Both the position numbers and the translations under genes were made by a program. From Thermodesulfobacteriota bacterium (GTDB taxonomy: Bacteria; Desulfobacterota_D; UBA1144; Nemesobacterales; UBA2774): a stretch of 64,000 bases of DNA. The notes under the pieces were generated by a model. It did no database searches, was not told where the DNA came from, and was given only the letters and a program-made list of their open reading frames with translations. Location: the NCBI GenBank assembly GCA_965223335.1, contig OZ244991.1, positions 1,728,001 through 1,792,000 of the forward strand, written 5' to 3'. This document shows positions 51,743 to 62,799 of the stretch, piece by piece (position 1 is the stretch's first letter; every line of letters begins with the position of its first letter).

Positions 51743-53680
51743 CTAATTGTTGCTGATCCATTTCTCTGACCACATCTGGAACATAAGTATGGACCATAGT
51801 GAATTAATATTTATCCCGGCACCCGATTTAATATGTTTGTGCAGTTTCCCAACGGCGTCCGAGTCGAATATGCCTTCTCGATCTAGTTTTTGTTTGTCCA
51901 GGTAATGTTCAGCGATCTCGGACAGGTCGTTGGTAACCCAGCTTTTTAATGGCATTGAGAAACCTTGCTTGGGACGGTCTACCAAGTTCTTCGGTACATG
52001 CCTTTCGAGCATGCGTTTAAGTATATATTTGCTTTCTCCGTTTTTATACTTTAGTTCTACAGGAATTCTCGCCGCATATTCGATAATGCGCTGATCCAAG
52101 AACGGATCACGGCCCTCAAGTCCGACACTCATCGTAACTCTATCGAGTTTAGTCAAGAGGTCGTCAACCAAATAGTGTTTTAGATCAGCTGCCATCATCT
52201 GTGTTTTTATGTTGTGATTGCTCAACTTGGAAAACAGATCTTCGTACTGATTGTTCTGTAAAACATTGATTTTGTTTGAGAGCAACTTGTTTAAGCGTTC
52301 AGAAACCGTAACGCTGCTTATCTCACGGTATAAGTTTGCGTATTGGTTTTGGTTGCCATAATTAAAGATAGCTCTTGTTTTATATATTCGGTCCTGGGTG
52401 TTTAGGGGATTTAAAAACAAGCCTCCGCTTTTTCTATTGATATAATCTATGAGTTCAGGATTTAACATGTTAAGCCCATAGGAGACAGCACTTCGTAGTG
52501 GGATGGGGATCTTTGTGCGCAGTCTGTTCATTTTCTCAGTGTCCCAGTACCTGTAATATCCACAAAATAACTCGTCTCCACCGTCTGCGGATAGTGCAAC
52601 TTTTACATGTTGGCGAGTCATTCTGGATACAATGTATGTAGGTATACAAGAATTATCTGCGAACGGTTCATCAAAAATCTCAGGCATCTCGGACAGTATT
52701 TTAGCTCCCTCGTCGGATGACAAGTAGTACTCGGTATGGTCTGTCCCCAGGTAATCAGCTATTTGTTTCGCCCACTTGGCCTCGTTCAAGTTATCTTCAT
52801 GGAAGCCAACAGAGAAAGTTTTCAGTTTTTGGTCGGTTTTGGCTAAAAGAGCTGTGAGAGTGGTTGAATCAATGCCCCCGCTAAGGAACACTCCAACGGG
52901 AACATCAGAAACAAGCCTGTATTTAAATGCATTGATTAGGACTTCTTCTAACTCACTAATTATTTGGTCTTCAGATTTCTGAAAAGTCTCTTCCAAATAA
53001 AGGTTAGTTATGTCCCAGTATTTGGTTTCGCTAAGACCTTGGCTAGATAGGCATAAATAATGCCCGGCTTTTACTTTATATGTGTTTTGATAGATAGAAT
53101 GGGGTGTCGGTATGTATCCGTACCGCAGATAAAGAGGAATGCTGTCATAGTTAATGCTTCTATCGAATTTCGGGTGTGCCAGCAAGGCTTTTATTTCTGA
53201 ACCAAAGATGAATACACCTTTATCCCAGAAGTAATATAAGGGTTTTACCCCTGTCCTGTCTCTTATTAGATATAGCTTTTTTTGTGTTTTATCCCATATA
53301 CCAATTGCAAACATCCCAATAAATTTTTCTAAACACCCGATTCCCCACTGCTCATACGATTTAAGTACAACCTCGGTGTCCGAACTGCTATTGAACCTAT
53401 GTCCTAGCAGGGTGAGTTCTTTTCTAAGCTCCTGATAGTTGTATATTTCACCGTTGTATGTAATCCATATTGATTGGTCATTGTTGGACATCGGTTGGTG
53501 GCCGCGTTCCGTCAAGTCAATTATCGATAATCGTCTATGCCCTAATCCGAGTGCATTTTCATTGTCTATATAAATCCCTGAGTCGTCTGGTCCTCTGTGC
53601 GCAAGTGCATCGTTCATGGAGCATAATACTCCTCGATCTATACTATCCTTAAGATCCCATATACCTACGATTCCACACAC
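51743..53680 (-). CDS. asnB: Asparagine synthase (glutamine-hydrolysing) family amidotransferase, probably glycan-modifying
   Basis: MCGIVG, HRGPD, RRLSIID, NGEIYN, LSGGIDS, SADGGDELFCGY; embedded in a glycan cluster. Confidence 0.93.
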   Translation of the reverse strand: MCGIVGIWDLKDSIDRGVLCSMNDALAHRGPDDSGIYIDNENALGLGHRRLSIIDLTERGHQPMSNNDQSIWITYNGEIYNYQELRKELTLLGHRFNSSSDTEVVLKSYEQWGIGCLEKFIGMFAIGIWDKTQKKLYLIRDRTGVKPLYYFWDKGVFIFGSEIKALLAHPKFDRSINYDSIPLYLRYGYIPTPHSIYQNTYKVKAGHYLCLSSQGLSETKYWDITNLYLEETFQKSEDQIISELEEVLINAFKYRLVSDVPVGVFLSGGIDSTTLTALLAKTDQKLKTFSVGFHEDNLNEAKWAKQIADYLGTDHTEYYLSSDEGAKILSEMPEIFDEPFADNSCIPTYIVSRMTRQHVKVALSADGGDELFCGYYRYWDTEKMNRLRTKIPIPLRSAVSYGLNMLNPELIDYINRKSGGLFLNPLNTQDRIYKTRAIFNYGNQNQYANLYREISSVTVSERLNKLLSNKINVLQNNQYEDLFSKLSNHNIKTQMMAADLKHYLVDDLLTKLDRVTMSVGLEGRDPFLDQRIIEYAARIPVELKYKNGESKYILKRMLERHVPKNLVDRPKQGFSMPLKSWVTNDLSEIAEHYLDKQKLDREGIFDSDAVGKLHKHIKSGAGININSLWSILMFQMWSEKWISNN

Positions 53681-53690
53681 AGTCTTTTCC

Positions 53691-54695
53691 CTATTTTACA
53701 ATGGATACCTTTGCTGGATTTTTTAGTCTCTGTAATGCTTTTAGTAAAAGAGCCTTGTTCCTATTAAATGCGTTTGACTCGTAACCCTGCCATTTTGATT
53801 TATAGTCAGCAAAAGTTTTACGTTGCGTTAAGAAGTATAATGCATCTAACAGGGTGATGTGAAGGGAGTGGTAAAATGGGCTTGCCAGTGTGCCGTGCAG
53901 GTCGTAGAGAGTCCAATATCCCGTGTCATACTCTGACAATGTTTGTTCGATTGTCCATATGCTTTTGTCCGTTAGGGTTTTTATCTCTTGATCCTTTGTA
54001 ACCAGCACCAGATCATAGAGGCCGAAAACGGAGTATATCCAACCGTTTAGTACTGTACTTCTTGGATTCTCGGGATATTCCTCTAAGAAAATTTTATCGT
54101 CAATGTATAGTGCGCAACCACCTTCATCTACCGTTTTCATCATCAGGTTATATGCATCATGAGCAGATTCCAAGAACTCATCTCTCTCGGTAAGCAGATA
54201 AGCGCGTACTAAAACCGAGATCGCCTGGCCCTGGGCCATGGAAGAATACTCTGAAACAGTAGAGGGTCTAAGATATGCCCAGGGATTCTCATACCCGCCC
54301 AGTCGGTCTTGGTTCGAGACTAGCCACTCGGCTATATTTATGAATCGAGATCTTAACGAATCGTCTTTGTCTGCCAACCATCTATCGTATGTGCCCAATG
54401 CATACTGAGTTATTGTAATGGGAAAGTACAACTCAACTTCATTTGATAGGATATTAATGGGTATTGCGGATTCGTCAGTTTTTCCCTGCCAGTCGGATTT
54501 AGCTGTAAAATCGTTGTAGTATCCTCCAATACTATCGGTACTGATGAATTTGCCGAGGGGTTGTTGTACGTGGTAGTAGCTATCCCCAAATATTATTTTG
54601 AGCCAGCGGCTTAGAAGCGAAATGTATGTTTTTATTATCCACTCTCTCCAGTAATGATTTGATAACTCAATTGGTGTTACCACCGAGTATTTCAT
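53691..54695 (-). CDS. D-glucuronyl C5-epimerase family protein
   Basis: PITITQYAL, SSMAQGQAISVLVRAY, EEYP, VLNGWIY..FGLYD, YDTGYW..YDL, YHSLH. Confidence 0.88.
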   Translation of the reverse strand: MKYSVVTPIELSNHYWREWIIKTYISLLSRWLKIIFGDSYYHVQQPLGKFISTDSIGGYYNDFTAKSDWQGKTDESAIPINILSNEVELYFPITITQYALGTYDRWLADKDDSLRSRFINIAEWLVSNQDRLGGYENPWAYLRPSTVSEYSSMAQGQAISVLVRAYLLTERDEFLESAHDAYNLMMKTVDEGGCALYIDDKIFLEEYPENPRSTVLNGWIYSVFGLYDLVLVTKDQEIKTLTDKSIWTIEQTLSEYDTGYWTLYDLHGTLASPFYHSLHITLLDALYFLTQRKTFADYKSKWQGYESNAFNRNKALLLKALQRLKNPAKVSIVK

Positions 54696-55800
54696 CGTAA
54701 AGTAACTCTATATTATTTACTGTGGTGTCCAATGAAAAATCGGTCGCCACTAGCTCACGACCTTTTTCCCCCATTCGCGTGGCGAGTTTTGGTTCATTTG
54801 CGAGTTGAACTATTCTCTTGGCAAGCTGTTTTGAATCACCTGGGGGGACCAAAAAACCGTTTACTCCTTCCTTGACTAGTTCTCCGAGTCCACACACATC
54901 TGTTGTTACGACTGGTTTTGACGATGCCATGTACTCTAAGATCGATAATGGGAGAGCTTCCCAATGCGAAGACAGCACGCCTATATTTAAGATTGAGATA
55001 ATATCTGGTATATCCCTCCTGTGTCCGGCAAATATGCAATTGTCATGTATTCCTAGTTCCGATGCATAACTTTTCATGAATTCAATTGTAGGGCCGTCGC
55101 CGACAAGCAGGAACAATACTGAAGGGATTTGTTCGGTAACGCTCTTTGCTGCGCGTAGAATCAGTTCATGATTTTTCTGTGGTCTAAATGCTGCTATCAA
55201 TCCTACTATTTTAGATTTAGGCTCAATACCTAGCTCTTTTCGAGTTTTTGTGTTGGGTTTTTGTTTGTAGAGTTTATAATCGATGCCGTTATAAATACTT
55301 ACTACTTTTGATGGATTAATACCGATTCTCTTTATATATCTTTCTCTCTCAAAATTAGACACGCACACTATCGCATTTGATAAAACACAACCGATCCAAT
55401 TCGCAATCATCGTAGGGTCATATGGTTGTAACTCAGGGTCCTCTCCGTGGGAATGAGATATTACGGGCAGGTGTATCAAACGCCCAATTATCGAGCCCCA
55501 AAAATTAGACCCGGTTTTGTGCGCGTGGATGAGTTTTATGTCATGTTGCTTCACTATCTGTTTTATTTCAGACAGTTTGTAAAATTGTGCAAATGAGTTC
55601 CTCTGAATTATATGATGAGTAATGTTATGGTGTACAAGTTTTTGTTCCAGCACTCCACCTTGCCTGGTAGCACATAGAACGGGTCTGTATTTGTCAGATT
55701 TTTTTAACCTAATGGCCGTGTCCACGGCCACATTTTCTGCGCCGGCTGAGTGTAGTGAATCTATTAAAATTAATACTCCGCATTTTTGTTTCTCAGTCAT
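54667..55800 (-). CDS. GT4 glycosyltransferase
   Basis: SAGAE, IYNGID, KNHELILRA, EALPLSILEYMASSKPVV; ATG start chosen (track TTG 55821). Confidence 0.9.
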   Translation of the reverse strand: MTEKQKCGVLILIDSLHSAGAENVAVDTAIRLKKSDKYRPVLCATRQGGVLEQKLVHHNITHHIIQRNSFAQFYKLSEIKQIVKQHDIKLIHAHKTGSNFWGSIIGRLIHLPVISHSHGEDPELQPYDPTMIANWIGCVLSNAIVCVSNFERERYIKRIGINPSKVVSIYNGIDYKLYKQKPNTKTRKELGIEPKSKIVGLIAAFRPQKNHELILRAAKSVTEQIPSVLFLLVGDGPTIEFMKSYASELGIHDNCIFAGHRRDIPDIISILNIGVLSSHWEALPLSILEYMASSKPVVTTDVCGLGELVKEGVNGFLVPPGDSKQLAKRIVQLANEPKLATRMGEKGRELVATDFSLDTTVNNIELLYDEILGGNTN

Positions 55801-55932
55801 TTGTGTTTTAGTAAGAGTCAAGATAATGCATTGTTATTACAGCAGGTTACGAGTTGAATGAGCCCGAATATCCGTTCACAGTCGGCATTTCAATAGAACA
55901 GTAAAATATACTGCATATTTATATACTGGCAA

Positions 55933-57171
55933 TCATATTAAAGAATCTAGAACGTCTATGTATTGCTGAGCTTTAATAGCTCTTGAAAACTGTTCGTTGG
56001 CAAATTTTTTGCCGTTTTCACCTAATTTATCTCTCAATATTTCGTCTTCGTACAATTTCTGAATATTATCTGCCAAGGCCTTGCCGTTTTCCGGCTCTGA
56101 ATATAGTCCGCAACGAGCTCTGCTCACCACTAGGTTCTCAGTTTCTCCACGAGCACCTACTATTATAGGTTTCCCGCAAGCCATGGGTTCGAATACCTTT
56201 GCAAAGATAGTTTTTTTAAACAGGTCGTCGTTTTTTGAGAGCACTAAACATATGTCCGATGCATTCAAGACTAAGGGGATTTCCGGCTTCGGCTTTTTGT
56301 CGAGGAATAAAATATTATTTAGTCCTGATTTGACTTGTAAGTTTACAAGCCTTTCCTTGTCGTACCCGTCACCTACCAGTAAAAAAAGAACATCCGGTAG
56401 TTTCTCACTTAGAATCTCGGCTGCTTCCAAAACCACCTGTACCCCATGCGTAAGGCCGATAGTTCCAACATACGAGACAATGAACTTGTTCTCGGCACCT
56501 AGGTTGGAAATGTATTTGTCATCTTTAGGTGTGGGTTTGAAGAGCTCTGTGTCTACGGCATTTTCAATGACCTCAATTTTTGTTGGATCAATCCCGCGAT
56601 CTATTATCATGGATTCCTTAAACGAGTCGGTCAATGCCACAATCTTGTCACTTTTAGAGTATAAAAGAGTGGCGATTTGATCAAACATCTTGTATGACAA
56701 CGAGTTTTCTGTGCCTGCTCCAACTGCTGTTATTACCTCGGGCCATAGGTCCCTCACTTCGAATATTAATGACGAGCCCCACAAGCGTGAATGCACATAA
56801 GCTGTTAGACCCGAGAACAGGGGAGGTGATGTGCCGATTACGGCGTCATATTTGCCTAGGAACGGCACGCTTAGGGCACCTGTCAAGAAAAATGACAGGT
56901 AATTTAACCCTCGGCGTAAGGTACTCCTTAAGTGTGAGGGGAATGCCCATAATCTGATCACATTGATGCCGTCAATATTCTCTTTATATACAAACCTCCA
57001 GATTTTACACTGGTAGCCGTGATAAACATTACCGTCTGGATAGTTAGGGAATGAGGTAAGTACCGTCACCTCGTGTCCGTTTCGGACCCATTCACGCGAC
57101 ATTTCGTGTACTCGTGATGCAGGTGCACCCATTTCGGGATAAAAGTACTGGGATATATATAGAATTTTCAT
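55933..57171 (-). CDS. GT4 glycosyltransferase (WbuB-like)
   Basis: SQYFYPEMGA, FPNYP, TSPPLF, EVRDLWPE, KVFEPMACGKPI. Confidence 0.92.
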   Translation of the reverse strand: MKILYISQYFYPEMGAPASRVHEMSREWVRNGHEVTVLTSFPNYPDGNVYHGYQCKIWRFVYKENIDGINVIRLWAFPSHLRSTLRRGLNYLSFFLTGALSVPFLGKYDAVIGTSPPLFSGLTAYVHSRLWGSSLIFEVRDLWPEVITAVGAGTENSLSYKMFDQIATLLYSKSDKIVALTDSFKESMIIDRGIDPTKIEVIENAVDTELFKPTPKDDKYISNLGAENKFIVSYVGTIGLTHGVQVVLEAAEILSEKLPDVLFLLVGDGYDKERLVNLQVKSGLNNILFLDKKPKPEIPLVLNASDICLVLSKNDDLFKKTIFAKVFEPMACGKPIIVGARGETENLVVSRARCGLYSEPENGKALADNIQKLYEDEILRDKLGENGKKFANEQFSRAIKAQQYIDVLDSLI

Positions 57172-57200
57172 ATTTTAAATATGGAATACCATTTATGTTC

Positions 57201-58625
57201 TTAAGTCGAAGTCTGATAATATGCAGGTCTTGTTCTTCCGTAAGGATTCGTCGGTGTGTGATTTTGCCTTAATATATTGGTAGTTAAGTTAACGAGTATG
57301 GCTGCCAGGGCGAAGATCATCCATATGGTGATATCGTTTTCCAATCCGTAGAACAGGTTGGCAACCAGCATGCCGTAAAATCCAAGTTCTAATGCGGTGG
57401 CATAAGAGTAAATATATCTATTTTTAATTACTCTGGATGCAGTTCGTTCTACCCTTCTCAACTCTTTCCAGGTCATGTATAGAATCGCCATGAATGTAGT
57501 GAATCCGATGATTCCTAATCCGCATAGAATTTCTATGTACATGTTGTGGGACGTGCGATGTATTCTGTTGTAGTACAGGAACTGTCTGTAACCGACTCCT
57601 ATAAATGGATGTTCTGCGAACAGTTTGGGTGCTACCTCAAAATACATATAGTATCTTTCCTGTAATGAATTTTCCTTAATCGCCTGAGGGTCTTTTAATA
57701 CACGAAGTGAGTTGATGCGTTCAATATATTGATCCGCAACTGTAAAGTAGAAAACTGAGAATAAACCTATAAGTACAGGTAGAGTCAATGCAAGTATTTT
57801 CGTTTTGTTTCTACCCCTGAGTAGCTTGAGTAGGGAGATAACTATTAATGCCATGAGTGATATAAAACCTGTTCGGGAATAGGTAAGTATTAGGCCGGTT
57901 AGTAATATGCCGAAACATGCTAATGCCGCTATTTTTAGATTCTTATTCTCACTGTTTATGTACTGAACAAAACATAGGGGCAGCAAAAATATCACCGTGG
58001 CTGCAAATATATTAGGGTCCCCCCACATACCTCCCAATCTGTCCATATCACCGGATAATAGAGTGCGCCAATACCCTTGATACAATAGTGGCCAGAGTAC
58101 CGAAATTACACCACCAGCAAGGAGCGCCCAAGTACAAAGGTTCAATGTCTTAATGTCACGTATCATCATCAATAAAACGATGTATAATACGATGTAGATA
58201 ATTATTTTTTGTGTCTCGTAGAGTGTGATATCTAACGAGTACTTGGCGTACAGTACACTCGATAGACAGAGCATAACAAAAAGGAGCATGAGAAATATTT
58301 TTTTACTGACAAATACATTTCGTATATACCTTAATGATCCTGTAATGATAAGCAGAAATAATAGGTACGCACCGAGAATCTTTCGAATACCATGTGCTCC
58401 CATAAATGAGTAAGCATGTTCCATGGTAAAAAATAGGAAGAAGCCCGATACTGCTATCCACGGCTTCATGATGCTTAATATAGCAAGCGGTATTGCGATT
58501 ATAAGGGCCACCATCAGTAAGTATTGCCCATAAATACCTAGCACTAAGCCTGTAGCCACCCCTAGTGTTACAGTTCCGATAATTATCAACTGGCGTATGC
58601 TTGTGTTTGAACCAATTCTTTCCAT
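57201..58625 (-). CDS. O-antigen ligase/polymerase (Wzy_C) family membrane protein
   Basis: Many TM segments; RLGGMWGDPN, TYSRTG, HPFIGVG, SHNMYIEI. Confidence 0.9.
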   Translation of the reverse strand: MERIGSNTSIRQLIIIGTVTLGVATGLVLGIYGQYLLMVALIIAIPLAILSIMKPWIAVSGFFLFFTMEHAYSFMGAHGIRKILGAYLLFLLIITGSLRYIRNVFVSKKIFLMLLFVMLCLSSVLYAKYSLDITLYETQKIIIYIVLYIVLLMMIRDIKTLNLCTWALLAGGVISVLWPLLYQGYWRTLLSGDMDRLGGMWGDPNIFAATVIFLLPLCFVQYINSENKNLKIAALACFGILLTGLILTYSRTGFISLMALIVISLLKLLRGRNKTKILALTLPVLIGLFSVFYFTVADQYIERINSLRVLKDPQAIKENSLQERYYMYFEVAPKLFAEHPFIGVGYRQFLYYNRIHRTSHNMYIEILCGLGIIGFTTFMAILYMTWKELRRVERTASRVIKNRYIYSYATALELGFYGMLVANLFYGLENDITIWMIFALAAILVNLTTNILRQNHTPTNPYGRTRPAYYQTST

Positions 58626-58682
58626 GCTGGTGTTAAGCCCTTATTATCAACCTACAAAATCATTTTCTCGATCTTATATTTA

Positions 58683-59612
58683 TCATTTAAATGTTTCGCT
58701 TGTAGATATTTTTGTTTGTTTCCTATAGGTCAAGTATTTGTTAATTAGATTTGAGTTAAGCAGAGAAAGCGTAAAATAGAAGTAATATCTACTGTTATAA
58801 GGATACAGTTTAATTGCATCGAAGAGTAGGCCTCTGCCTTTTTTAACTTCGCCCAATTGACAGTAAGCTAATCCTTTTTTATATAGACAGTTGCTGTGTG
58901 CCCTGGGATTTTTCATGTAGTCGTTTTTGTATTTTGCTGTGAGTATATCTATGCCCTTTATGATATTGAGATGTATTTTCGAGTGGTTATAGTCATGATC
59001 GTTTATTATGGCCAGCGGTTCCCCAACATAGCTATATTTGTATTTGTCGGCTATCCGGAGCCACATCTCCCAGTCCTCGCCATACCTAAGCCCCGAGTCA
59101 AATAGCCCGACATTCTCAAAACATTCCCTTTTTACGAATATTGTGGAGTCAGAACCGGTTATGCAGTTATCATAAAGCAGATCGGAATAAATAGAACCAT
59201 GTTTCTCGGGGAGTACCGTTTTTAAGAGTTTATTGGAATCTTTGTCTATCCAGTAGTACCCGGTGTACACAGCCCCGTAATCAGGATCACAGCTTTCGAT
59301 TGTCTTTAATTGTTTCTCGAGTTTTTGGGGTAACCACTCGTCATCGTCGTCTATAAAAGCTATGTATTTTGTATCGCATTTTTTAATACCGGTATTGCGG
59401 GCTTCGGATGGCCCGAGGTTCTCTCCATGTTTGATGTAATCCACATGCTTATGTTTTATGGATCGCACATAATCCTCTGTGTCATCAGTGCCTGCGTCGT
59501 CAATAATAATTAGTTTGTAGTCCTCGAAGGTCTGTGATAAAACGGTTGAGATCGTTTTCTCGAGCGACCCTCTTCTGTTATAAGTCGGTATGATTACGCT
59601 TAAGATAGGCAT
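58683..59612 (-). CDS. GT2 glycosyltransferase
   Basis: SVIIPTYNR, IIDD, ARNTGI, AFIDDDD, GEDWEMWLR. Confidence 0.92.
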   Translation of the reverse strand: MPILSVIIPTYNRRGSLEKTISTVLSQTFEDYKLIIIDDAGTDDTEDYVRSIKHKHVDYIKHGENLGPSEARNTGIKKCDTKYIAFIDDDDEWLPQKLEKQLKTIESCDPDYGAVYTGYYWIDKDSNKLLKTVLPEKHGSIYSDLLYDNCITGSDSTIFVKRECFENVGLFDSGLRYGEDWEMWLRIADKYKYSYVGEPLAIINDHDYNHSKIHLNIIKGIDILTAKYKNDYMKNPRAHSNCLYKKGLAYCQLGEVKKGRGLLFDAIKLYPYNSRYYFYFTLSLLNSNLINKYLTYRKQTKISTSETFK

Positions 59613-59734
59613 TTGAGAAATTTGTTAAATCAATATATGAATTATTGTATATCCAATGCACACTGAACTGCGATTTTATCAATATCTGATCCGTAAGTGG
59701 CTCGTTTGAAAGAAGAAATCGTATAGTTCGTAGT

Positions 59735-60967
59735 TCAGATGTCTATCTTATTAAGTATATGTCTTTTGATTAAATCCACAACATTATTGCGATCGTAGAG
59801 CTCAATAACCTTTGAGCGCGATCGGGATCCGATACTGGCACACAGTTCTTTGTCCTCGAGTAGTTGTAGGCAGGTGTCAGCTAAGGACTCTGCAGAATCC
59901 CTGATTAGAATTTCTTCGCCGTCTGCAAACTCAAGCCCCTCTGCCCCTACTGTGGTGGATACCACAGGTTTTCCGTATGCCGCTGCTTCAATGATTTTTA
60001 TTCTGGTTCCCCCGCCGCTAAATAACGGCACACACACGACCCGAGTCACTTGATACAGACTGTCCAGGTCCTCTACATAACCGGTTGTTGTTACACCGGG
60101 TTGGGATTTAATTTCTGTGCTGAGCCCCTCTGATACAGAGCCTGCGATTATAAGTTTCGCATTGGGTTTTTTTTTGTATACAAGCGGCCAAATTTCTTCA
60201 ATCAGATAGCTTGCGGCATCTACGTTGGGCTTGTAAGAGTTGCCGAGAAACATTATCGATGAGTCGTCTGTTAAAGTTTGGGGCTTGGGGATATCCACTG
60301 CATTTGGAACTTTTAGCACCGACTCTACGTGACATTGTTCATTTAAGTATCTGACATCGTCCTCGGAACACACAAAAGTCGCATCGGCCTTTCGGACGGC
60401 TCTTTTCTCGCCCGATTTAAGGCTCTTTTGAACTAGTTTCAGTAGTTTGCTTTTACTGGATTTTTGCAGTGATATGTACCTGTCCAACACAATGTGCTCA
60501 ATATCGTCGAGGTCAAAAAACACAGGGGGCAGGGATAGGTTGGTTTTCATTATTGGACACATGGCCGAGAGCCTATGTGCAAATACAGCATCGGGGCCCA
60601 GTTTTACACGATCTTCCAGGGCTTTTATCTGTACGGGTCCACTAAGCTCCATATAACCCTTTTGGTTATAGATACTAAACGCACCCTTTGCAAATGATAG
60701 CCACTTTGCCAGCTCATTATTATCGCTGAACCTATCCATAGGGCATAGAGTCAGGTGTAAGTTTTCAGTCCAGCGCTCTTTGTATAAATTCTCATACCTG
60801 GTTACATCGTTTTCGCTTGGTAGTTCTTCTGGGCTTACATAATAGAGCAAATCGATTTGGGAAATCTCGGATAAAGCATCCAATAACAGATCCATACGCT
60901 TATAAACACCGTGTGATTTTTCCGCGAAATCGCCGGGGAAGTACTTAGAGATAAATAATATCTTCAT
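59735..60967 (-). CDS. GT4 glycosyltransferase
   Basis: VPNAV, GGGTRIKIIEAAAYGKPVVSTTVGAEG. Confidence 0.9.
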   Translation of the reverse strand: MKILFISKYFPGDFAEKSHGVYKRMDLLLDALSEISQIDLLYYVSPEELPSENDVTRYENLYKERWTENLHLTLCPMDRFSDNNELAKWLSFAKGAFSIYNQKGYMELSGPVQIKALEDRVKLGPDAVFAHRLSAMCPIMKTNLSLPPVFFDLDDIEHIVLDRYISLQKSSKSKLLKLVQKSLKSGEKRAVRKADATFVCSEDDVRYLNEQCHVESVLKVPNAVDIPKPQTLTDDSSIMFLGNSYKPNVDAASYLIEEIWPLVYKKKPNAKLIIAGSVSEGLSTEIKSQPGVTTTGYVEDLDSLYQVTRVVCVPLFSGGGTRIKIIEAAAYGKPVVSTTVGAEGLEFADGEEILIRDSAESLADTCLQLLEDKELCASIGSRSRSKVIELYDRNNVVDLIKRHILNKIDI

Positions 60968-60970
60968 GGT

Positions 60971-62635
60971 TTAGATAATAAGTCTACACTCAAAACCATA
61001 TTGGCGTGATAATTCTAGTTCCCAGAGGCGTACATATATATTGTTTCTGACTTGATCGAGATTGGCTACATTGTTGTTTCCTGCAACAAGCATTGAAATA
61101 TCAGATGCTGCATTTGTGACCCATGTATAAACACGCAGATATTGAACCGTATCGTTATCGATGCCTGTTTGTGAAGTGTAATGATTCATACATGCTGCAA
61201 ATAGATCTCCGATCTCCGTCGATGTTCTTAACATACTATTATAAGTCTCTTCATAGTTATTAGTACTCCAGGTTTTAGAAACATCGAAGCAATATATTGT
61301 CATAAAGTAAAGCAGATCCGCCACTGGTAGTCCTCTAAGCTCGGCATCTTCCCAGTCAATCACGTGTATCTTATCATTATCTGTGATTAGCAAATTGGTT
61401 GGGCTTAGGTCTCTATGTTCGCATACTAAATTCGGCACTTGGATAGTGTTTAGTATTTTCAATGTTCTATTCATGAACTCTTGGTTAACAGCGTCTCCGA
61501 GAAAGCTTTTTATAATATCGACAGTTGAGTTAAATAATCTTGGCTTCCAATCTGTGGTGAGTTCCGATGTAGTATTATTGGCAAGATCTATTAACCAGTT
61601 TGTAGCACTTAAAGTCTTGGATCTGTCTTTTTCATGAGCACCTAAGAGCGGCATAACCGAACCTGCTAGATATGTTTGCGCAGTAATACATTGGTTCTCG
61701 GAGTAAGAACTATACAATACTTTGGGTATGGAATTATGATTTTCAATGATTGTATTCAACTTGTTAAGTACTTTTTCTTCATTCATAAGCAGGGGCGCAA
61801 ATTTAGGTGTTCTGGGTACTTTTAACACAAACAACGGATCGGGTTGATCCTTGCTGAATACAAATAAAACCACTTTGCATTTAAGAATATCACCTATAGT
61901 TATCATCAGTTTGGTAATATCTAGCTCCCCGTACTCTATACCAAGTTCTCCTAGTATTTCTTTTATAGCTGTAGTTATACCTCTTGAAAACCTATCATTA
62001 CAACCCACATTGTTGTTTAGCAGGTCATTGTTCAGAATAGGTTTTTCTGCGGTTGCAATCACTGTAATGCTTGGGCGTGATGGAGACATTAGTATTGGAT
62101 AATTCATGATTAGGTTTGGAAATAAATTCCATATTATATTTTTTATCCGCGCGGATATTTTGCGTGTTTTAGAGAGTTGTGAATGTTGTTGTAATAACTT
62201 AAGTGTGAAGCTCATTGCCTGTTTTGAAGCCAAAGGTATCCATAGATGAGTTTCGGTATCAGACGGGGGAGGTATGGTCATATAAAATTCAATGTGATTA
62301 AAACCACAATTTCTAAGGTTATCCGAGTGTTTTTTATAGCTACTTAGTCGGTTTAAATTAAATTCCGCGTATAGAGCTCCACCCTCGGCCAATGAATTGT
62401 ATGCATTCATTAGGATGTCAGGGGTTGGGTCTATTGTTACGACTAACTCAGGGGGTATGTTATGTGCTCCGGAGTCGTGATCCAATACAGCATCTGAAAT
62501 TAGTTCTAAACTTTGCGTGATTGGATCGGGTGTAAAGCATTTTATGGAATTGAATGTTGGAGTACCTAAAAGAAAGCGCCAATCCACACGTCTTAGCAGG
62601 CGGTTTAACTCGACTTCGTCGAAGAGCTTGTACAT
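60971..62635 (-). CDS. APH-like phosphotransferase with uncharacterised N-terminal domain
   Basis: VLKVPR, HRDLSPTN catalytic loop, VIDWE. Confidence 0.82.
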   Translation of the reverse strand: MYKLFDEVELNRLLRRVDWRFLLGTPTFNSIKCFTPDPITQSLELISDAVLDHDSGAHNIPPELVVTIDPTPDILMNAYNSLAEGGALYAEFNLNRLSSYKKHSDNLRNCGFNHIEFYMTIPPPSDTETHLWIPLASKQAMSFTLKLLQQHSQLSKTRKISARIKNIIWNLFPNLIMNYPILMSPSRPSITVIATAEKPILNNDLLNNNVGCNDRFSRGITTAIKEILGELGIEYGELDITKLMITIGDILKCKVVLFVFSKDQPDPLFVLKVPRTPKFAPLLMNEEKVLNKLNTIIENHNSIPKVLYSSYSENQCITAQTYLAGSVMPLLGAHEKDRSKTLSATNWLIDLANNTTSELTTDWKPRLFNSTVDIIKSFLGDAVNQEFMNRTLKILNTIQVPNLVCEHRDLSPTNLLITDNDKIHVIDWEDAELRGLPVADLLYFMTIYCFDVSKTWSTNNYEETYNSMLRTSTEIGDLFAACMNHYTSQTGIDNDTVQYLRVYTWVTNAASDISMLVAGNNNVANLDQVRNNIYVRLWELELSRQYGFECRLII

Positions 62636-62799
62636 GTATATATAAATATATACACATACGACAATACAGGAAAGAGTAAATCGTAAGTCGTTTTGAGGTC
62701 TGATGATCTGATATGCGCTATTTATACAATGTTAACATTTGAATGCGAGCACTTTTACGAACCTGCCGGAATACAGTGGTCTGAGAATGGTTGATATTG

